DNA from: Candidatus Hodarchaeota archaeon
GTDB taxonomy: Archaea > Asgardarchaeota > Lokiarchaeia > Sigyniarchaeales > SOKP01
Direction: 5' to 3'
Assembly (NCBI GenBank): GCA_048886685.1
Contig: JBHLKM010000002.1
Span: 263,532-327,531 of the forward strand
DNA: 64,000 nucleotides
The position numbers and the translations under genes were made by a program. This document shows, piece after piece, positions 58,133 to 64,000 of the stretch (position 1 is the first letter of the stretch; each line of letters opens with the position of its first letter). Under the pieces are notes generated by a model. It was not told where the DNA came from, made no database searches, and saw nothing but the letters and a program-made list of their open reading frames with translations.

Positions 58133-60682
58133 ATGGATATATACACAATATTATCTCATCCATTCAGAAGAAAAATCTTATTTCTTCTTGAAAAGGAGGG
58201 CTATATTCCCTATACAGATTTAATGGAAAAACTTGGTTTAGAAACAACAGGACAACTAAATTTTCATCTGAAGAAGATCGGTTCATTAATAAATAAAGAC
58301 AAAAAATCATATTTTCTTACTGAAGATGGTAAACGCGTACTTAAAATTCTCAATCTCAACAAAAGAATTTTATCAGGAGAAAATATTGATGAGTATTTAG
58401 ACTCTAGGGGAAGCGAGATAAGCAGGATTGGAGTAATCATTTGTTATTGCAATACAGAAATTTCAAAGGTAATAAATATAACTGCCCTTGAAAATTATAT
58501 AAATAAGTTAAGAAAGGTAGTTTCGGTAAAGGTCTTTGAAAACTTATGTCAGCAAAAAAATTTTAATAGAATTGGTAAATGGGTTAAAGATAATTTTTTG
58601 AATAAAATTGTGATAGCTGCATGTTCTCCAAGAACACATCAACATCTTTTTGAACGAATTTTTGAGAAAACTATTGATCGAGCTAATTTAGAAATAGCTA
58701 ATATTAGGGAACAATGTTGTTGGGTCCATCAATCTAAAATATATCAAACAGATCTCTCATTTTTATTAGAAAAAACTAAATTATTAATTGAAGCAGCTGT
58801 TGAACGGGTAAGTCTTCAAAAAAAAGTAAAAATTAAGAGAGTTGAAGTAGAAAAGAGTTGTGCAATTTTAGGTGGGGGAATTGCTGGTATAACACTTGCC
58901 TTAAATTTAGCTCGAGCTGGAATTGAAGTATATCTCATTGAAAAATCACCTACCTTGGGAGGTAAGGTAGCCAGATGGCACCGAATCCATAATATGGGTG
59001 ATTGTTCAATATGTCTCATTTCAGAATTGATAGGTGAATTAGTAAATGAGAAAAAAATAAAGATTTATACTAATACTGAAATTGAAAATGTATCAGGTGA
59101 AGTTGGAAATTTCACAATTAAATTGATTAAAAAACCTCGATATATTAATGTGAAAAAATGTACTGGATGTAAACAATGTTTAGAAGTTTGTAGTATAGAA
59201 AAGACAAATCAATATGAATTTGGTTTAACTAATCGAAAAATCATATATATCCCTTTTATTCATTCGTATCCCTATGTTCCTTTGATTGATGAAGAAGATA
59301 TAAAAAATTGTCTTAATTGTAGAATTTGTGAACGTGTATGTGAAAATAAAGCAATAGATTTGACTCAAAAAGAAGAAAAAATCGAAATCAAAGTTGGAAC
59401 TAAAGTAATTGCGATTGGTTCTGACTTTTACGAGGATTTAGAGGATTATCATTATAATTCCAAAAAAAATATAATAACATCAATGGAATTTGAACGAATA
59501 TTATCTTCTGATGGCATCACTGAAGGAAAGCTTTTAACGTTATCAGATAAAAAACCAATAGAATCAATTTCTATCATTCAAGAGGTTGGTCCATCAAAAT
59601 ATCTTGCTGATTACTCAGAAATCTTAGCACAAAAATATATTGAGGATATTAAAATAAAAAATCCTGATTGCGAAGTTAATGTCTTTTATGATTTAAGTAA
59701 ATTAAAAGATAAGGATGAGATTTTATTAAGATCATCTAATCCAAGATTTATATATGCAGACAAAATTACAATTGAGACCAATAAAGATCTAAATTACATT
59801 GTTGCTGATAATATTAAGTTTCCAAGTGATTTAATTGTATTAAATCTAAAATTTATCCCTAATAAAGATTTAAAAAACCTTCGAAAATATATGGATTTTA
59901 CATTAGATGATAATGGATTTATGAGTGAGGAAACATTAGCATCTGGAATTTATGGTGTTGGGACGATTTTTGGTCCATTAAATTATAATTCTACAATTTC
60001 AACAGCTAACAATACTGCATTAAAAATTATTTCATTGCTTTCTAAAGAATATTTAATTGCAGAGTTTACAGGGATAGAAATTGATGAAAATAAATGTGGT
60101 TTGTGTGGTTTGTGTTCTAAAATTTGTCCTTATAATGCTATTACAACAGAATCAGACAAAATAAGTATAGACAAATTTAAGTGTAAAGGCTGTGGTACAT
60201 GCGCTAGTGTGTGTCCAACAAATGCAATAGATTTAAACTTAGACTCTTCTGAGAAGATTTTAAAGACAATTGAAATTTTTTCGAAATTCAGAGCACAACC
60301 AAAAATTCTTGCCTTCTGTTGCGCATCTTGCGGATATGCTGCAGCTGATGATGCTGGTCTTAAGAAGGTCTCCTATAATCCAAATACTTTTATCGTTCGG
60401 GTTCCATGTACAGGACGTATTGATACAAATTTTATTATTAAATCATTTGAGCTCGGATTCGATGGAGTAATGATAATTGGCTGTAGACAAGATGCATGCA
60501 GATATATTGACGGAATAGAAAAAGTAAAGAAAAAAATTATGTTATTAAAGAATATCATACTGCCGAAATATAAAGATCGAATAGTCCTTGAACATTTAAA
60601 TGCTGTAGAGGGTACCAAATTTGCTGAAATCTCAAATAAATTATATAACAAATTAGTCGAGGAGATTAAATTTGAAACCTAG
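58133..60682 (+). CDS. Fusion: ArsR-like winged HTH, HdrA-like flavoprotein and MvhD
   Basis: ILSHPFRRKIL...TTGQLNFHLKKI...YFLTEDG; ACSPRTH, NIREQCCWVH, GGGIAG, DCSIC, four ferredoxin motifs; QCVGSR/CSxxCC replaced by QEVGPSK; C-terminal FCCASCGYAAADDAG, PCTGR, GCRQDACRY. Confidence 0.88.
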   Translation: MDIYTILSHPFRRKILFLLEKEGYIPYTDLMEKLGLETTGQLNFHLKKIGSLINKDKKSYFLTEDGKRVLKILNLNKRILSGENIDEYLDSRGSEISRIGVIICYCNTEISKVINITALENYINKLRKVVSVKVFENLCQQKNFNRIGKWVKDNFLNKIVIAACSPRTHQHLFERIFEKTIDRANLEIANIREQCCWVHQSKIYQTDLSFLLEKTKLLIEAAVERVSLQKKVKIKRVEVEKSCAILGGGIAGITLALNLARAGIEVYLIEKSPTLGGKVARWHRIHNMGDCSICLISELIGELVNEKKIKIYTNTEIENVSGEVGNFTIKLIKKPRYINVKKCTGCKQCLEVCSIEKTNQYEFGLTNRKIIYIPFIHSYPYVPLIDEEDIKNCLNCRICERVCENKAIDLTQKEEKIEIKVGTKVIAIGSDFYEDLEDYHYNSKKNIITSMEFERILSSDGITEGKLLTLSDKKPIESISIIQEVGPSKYLADYSEILAQKYIEDIKIKNPDCEVNVFYDLSKLKDKDEILLRSSNPRFIYADKITIETNKDLNYIVADNIKFPSDLIVLNLKFIPNKDLKNLRKYMDFTLDDNGFMSEETLASGIYGVGTIFGPLNYNSTISTANNTALKIISLLSKEYLIAEFTGIEIDENKCGLCGLCSKICPYNAITTESDKISIDKFKCKGCGTCASVCPTNAIDLNLDSSEKILKTIEIFSKFRAQPKILAFCCASCGYAAADDAGLKKVSYNPNTFIVRVPCTGRIDTNFIIKSFELGFDGVMIIGCRQDACRYIDGIEKVKKKIMLLKNIILPKYKDRIVLEHLNAVEGTKFAEISNKLYNKLVEEIKFET

Positions 60683-61430
60683 ATTTATAATAATTTCTCT
60701 AACTTCGTGTAGTGGTTGCATCTCAACTATTATGTCTTTAGATATTTTTCCACAATTCCTTAAGAGAACTATAATAACTTATTTTCCCTTTATTTCAGAT
60801 TTAAAAGACATTGAAGAATGTGATATTGCTTTAGTAGAAGGTTGTATTTCTGAAGAATCTCAAATTATATTCCTTCGAGAAGTTAGAAGATATGCCAAAA
60901 AAGTCTATGCCTTAGGAACATGTTCTAGTTTTGGAGGGATTTTAAGTCTTTCAAATTCAAAAATAGTAGGACCAATCTCTAATTATATTGAGATTGAGGG
61001 TATTATTCCTGGTTGCCCACCTCCTTCTAAACTACTTGGAAACAGTCTAATCAGATTGGTTGAAAACAAAGATATAATATTATCTGAAAAAAATATGTGT
61101 GCCAATTGCCCATCAAGGGGAAACATGGAAATAAATTCTCATATAAATATCTCTAAGATTAATCCAGATCCAGAAGAGATTGATCTTAATAAGGAAAATT
61201 CTGAATGTTTTTTAAAGAAAGGTATTTTATGTTTAGGACCAGTAACCCGTGATGGATGTGAATTTAATTGTATAAAAATGGGGCTTCCGTGTGAGGGATG
61301 TATAGGGCCGGTATCAAAAGATTTCACTTCAAACATTATTAATTTTTTGAGTTTGATAGAATTATCTCAGGAGCTAAAAGAATATACAGGGATTTTTTAT
61401 CGATTTTCAAAACCAAAATTGAAAGGGTGA
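60672..61430 (+). CDS. mvhG: Group 3 (Mvh-type) [NiFe] hydrogenase small subunit
   Basis: SCSGC, VEG, GTCSSFGGI, PGCPP, CFLKKGILCLGPVT, PCEGCIGP. Confidence 0.88.
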   Translation: MKPRFIIISLTSCSGCISTIMSLDIFPQFLKRTIITYFPFISDLKDIEECDIALVEGCISEESQIIFLREVRRYAKKVYALGTCSSFGGILSLSNSKIVGPISNYIEIEGIIPGCPPPSKLLGNSLIRLVENKDIILSEKNMCANCPSRGNMEINSHINISKINPDPEEIDLNKENSECFLKKGILCLGPVTRDGCEFNCIKMGLPCEGCIGPVSKDFTSNIINFLSLIELSQELKEYTGIFYRFSKPKLKG

Positions 61431-62740
61431 AAACTTTGTTAAAAGTTATTGATGTTTGTAGACGTGTTGAAGGTCATGGAGATGTAAAAATTTTAATTCA
61501 AAATGATGAAATTTCATTGGTGAATTTTGAATTTGGAATATATCGAGAATTTGAAAAAATTTTAATCGGAAAAAGACTACTAGATCTGCCAAAAATAGTA
61601 TCTCGAATATGTGGATTATGTTATACCTCTCAAACAATCGCAAGTTGTAAAGCAATAGAAGATATTTATAATATCAATGTATTAGAACAAACTATTCTCT
61701 TGAGACGCCTTTTAATGAGTGCTGAATTAATTAAATCCCACTCTATGAATTTTTTTTTCCAAACTTTACCCGATCTTTTAGCAATTTTTGGTCTTAGCAA
61801 AATAACATTTTCTCCTTACGAGATAATTAATTATAATCCTCAATTAACAAATAATTTCTATGAATTAATCAGAATTGGAAATGAACTAAATAACTTATAT
61901 GGAGGTAGATCTGTCCATTTGATTTCGCCTATTCCAGGAGGCATTATTTATTCTCCTTCTCGAAAAAAAAATATCTTAGCTCGAAAATGTTTTCAAAAAG
62001 CTTTAGTCAGTTTAGAATGGATTATAGAAAAATTTATTGAATTATTTTCTAATCAAGCTCCTCCAAAAGAATATAACCTTCCAAACTTTATTTCTCTTGG
62101 TTTAACAAACCATGGAAATTATGATCGATATTTAGGTACCTTAAGAATTAAAGGAAACAATAAAAACTTAATAGAATTTGAAAAACACAATTACTCTTCT
62201 TATTTTGGAAAAGAGCTTAATTTACGTGGAATTGATTTTTATTTCGAAAATAAAAAAAATGTAATAGTAGGTCCTTTTTCTCGTTATAATATTGTCGAAA
62301 ATTATGGATTTGATGAATTTAATACTTATATTGAGTATTTCAATAAATCATGGAAAAACAATATACTACTTACAAATTTTATTAAATTACTAGAAATGTA
62401 TATCGAATCTTATCAAGGATTACAAATTTTAGATGATTCATCTTTAACTAAAAGAGAAAAACTTCCTTCTCTGAATTCAGTAAAAAATTTGGATGGAATA
62501 GGCGTCATTGAGGCTCCCAGAGGAGTTTTAATCCATCATTATCACCTTAATAAAAGTAATTATGTTGATCGAGTAAATCTTTTCGTTGCTACTGAGTTTA
62601 ATATTTCACTTATTAACGAGATGATTACAGAATATGCCCAAGAATTATTTGAAAGAACAGGAGATATAAATTTAGTTAAAAAGAAAATTCAGATGATTAT
62701 TAGGACATTTGACCCTTGTATCTCATGTGCAACTCACTAA
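61427..62740 (+). CDS. mvhA: Group 3 (Mvh-type) [NiFe] hydrogenase large subunit without C-terminal extension
   Basis: RVEGHG, L1 SRICGLC, EAPRG, L2 DPCISCATH followed immediately by TAA. Confidence 0.88.
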   Translation: MKTLLKVIDVCRRVEGHGDVKILIQNDEISLVNFEFGIYREFEKILIGKRLLDLPKIVSRICGLCYTSQTIASCKAIEDIYNINVLEQTILLRRLLMSAELIKSHSMNFFFQTLPDLLAIFGLSKITFSPYEIINYNPQLTNNFYELIRIGNELNNLYGGRSVHLISPIPGGIIYSPSRKKNILARKCFQKALVSLEWIIEKFIELFSNQAPPKEYNLPNFISLGLTNHGNYDRYLGTLRIKGNNKNLIEFEKHNYSSYFGKELNLRGIDFYFENKKNVIVGPFSRYNIVENYGFDEFNTYIEYFNKSWKNNILLTNFIKLLEMYIESYQGLQILDDSSLTKREKLPSLNSVKNLDGIGVIEAPRGVLIHHYHLNKSNYVDRVNLFVATEFNISLINEMITEYAQELFERTGDINLVKKKIQMIIRTFDPCISCATH

Positions 62741-62798
62741 TTATATAAATTGAAAACTATAATAATATATTTTTATGGCTTTTGATAAATAATAAATT

Positions 62799-63047
62799 CT
62801 AATCTCCATCTCTTTTTTTTTTATAAATACCCTTCGCATCTAGGTTAAAATTGGTAATATTTAATTTAAAGGAATGGTTTAAATCAAATTTCCAATCCTT
62901 TGGAGGAATTCTAGATTCATATAATCTTCCCAATATTAAATTATGACTAATTGGTATTGTTTGGACTCTGAAGAATCCTGGATTTTTCTTATATCCATCA
63001 AAATTTTTATTTTTTCTTTTTCCATTCAATTTGTATTTCATATTCAC
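62799..63047 (-). CDS. Hypothetical basic protein, 82 aa
   Basis: ORF downstream of lpd; no motif. Confidence 0.35.
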   Translation of the reverse strand: MNMKYKLNGKRKNKNFDGYKKNPGFFRVQTIPISHNLILGRLYESRIPPKDWKFDLNHSFKLNITNFNLDAKGIYKKKRDGD

Positions 63048-63106
63048 TCTTTCCGATACTCTTCAATTTGTAATAAAGTTTAAAGTAAGGGAATAATAGA
63101 AAGCTT

Positions 63107-64000
63107 TCATTTTGAGTAGATCTTGAACTTTTTCAATTCAATTTCAAAAGGTACTTGTTCCATTAAAATATCCCTTAATCTTGGTGTTATAGGTCTTCCC
63201 TTCTTATGTATAGCTCGTCCTACGATAGCTTCTGTTGCTTCTAAAACCATTTCTGAGAGAGTAGGATGACTATGTATTGTATTTGTAATATCTTCAATAG
63301 TTAATCCATTTTGCATCGCAAGAGCAATCTCAGCAATCAATTCTGAGGCTGCTTCGCCAATGCAGGAAGCCCCAACGATTTGGGTTGTATGTTTATCCGC
63401 TAAGATTATTAAAAGCCCATCTTCTCCCATGCATTTTGCCTTTCCTAAACTACTATATGGAAATTGTCCTACTAAGACATCAATACCAAGATCCTTAGCT
63501 TCTTTTCTTTTCAATCCGACTGAACCGATATTAGGACTCGTAAAAATCGTAGAAGGTATGACTCTATAATTTGTTCTCATTGAATGATTTTTAAATATTC
63601 CAAGACTTGAAAGAGCATTGGCAACGGCTATATCACCTTCATAATTTGCTACATGAGCGAGCATTAATCCTCCAGTCACATCACCTATAGCATATATCCC
63701 ATTAACAACTGTCTCTAAAGTACTAGGATCAACTTCAATTGCTCCTCTTCTAGTTTCAATCCCTAATTCTTCTAATCCTAAGTCGTTTGATACTTTGTTT
63801 CTGCCAATTGAAAGCAAACATAGATCTGCTTCAAAAATCGATTTTTCTGAATTTTCGATTTCATCTTTAGGAATCGAAGCAGAACAAGTAATAGCCTTTA
63901 CACTGGAACCTATATTTTCAACAGATAAGACATTTTGGCTTGTGAATATCCTAATACCCATTGAATCGAACTTCTTTTGTAAATGCTTTATGATTATTGG
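63107..64000 (-). CDS. lpdA: Dihydrolipoamide dehydrogenase (C-terminal part; 5' end outside window)
   Basis: SIGR, IYAIGDV, MLAHVA, HSHPTLSE; frame open to the window edge. Confidence 0.92.
   Translation of the reverse strand, partial: PIIIKHLQKKFDSMGIRIFTSQNVLSVENIGSSVKAITCSASIPKDEIENSEKSIFEADLCLLSIGRNKVSNDLGLEELGIETRRGAIEVDPSTLETVVNGIYAIGDVTGGLMLAHVANYEGDIAVANALSSLGIFKNHSMRTNYRVIPSTIFTSPNIGSVGLKRKEAKDLGIDVLVGQFPYSSLGKAKCMGEDGLLIILADKHTTQIVGASCIGEAASELIAEIALAMQNGLTIEDITNTIHSHPTLSEMVLEATEAIVGRAIHKKGRPITPRLRDILMEQVPFEIELKKFKIYSK

Noticed and set aside
844-63569. Short antisense or overlapping ORFs in the track (e.g. 844..1026, 12139..12417, 37365..37889, 57502..57786)
   Set aside because: Shadows of well-supported genes on the opposite strand or in another frame; no motifs.
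1-64000. tRNA, rRNA, transposase, integrase or defence genes
   Set aside because: None recognised by eye; a tRNAscan-SE/Infernal run would be needed to exclude short RNAs.

Overview
A very AT-rich archaeal chromosomal window. The gene content (Rab-like GTPases, a uDENN/longin-like protein, TPR-appendage proteins, a TFB paralogue, many HdrA/MvhD/FrhB paralogues, UGA-recoded HdrA) points to Asgard archaea, most likely Lokiarchaeia; this is an inference, as no marker gene is present. 1-31 kb: the tail of an hdrA-mvhD operon, amino-acid and lipid catabolism (threonine/serine dehydratase, M28 peptidase, tyrosine phenol-lyase, HMG-CoA-synthase-like/DUF35 plus two thiolases), eukaryote-like trafficking proteins, and a MoxR-vWA pair split by an accessory block carrying a duplicated GC-rich non-coding element. 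31-41 kb: a two-component/Lrp regulatory locus with a recurring 13-bp palindromic operator, glutamate dehydrogenase and decayed fragments. 41-64 kb: a large F420/flavin/Fe-S/[NiFe]-hydrogenase island. Main points: (1) a minus-strand hdrA (56465-54414), broken up by the ORF track, is one open frame with four in-frame UGA codons, all at conserved Cys positions, and has a eukaryote-type SECIS candidate overlapping its UGA stop; (2) three redox proteins carry DNA-binding helix-turn-helix domains, one (wHTH-HdrA-MvhD) co-encoded with an Mvh-type hydrogenase lacking the C-terminal maturation peptide, a candidate H2/redox-sensing transcription system; (3) several genes appear to start at ATA/ATT/CTG; (4) a structured ncRNA or mobile repeat at 25.6-26.5 kb. 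All calls come from reading the sequence; no searches or folding programs were run.
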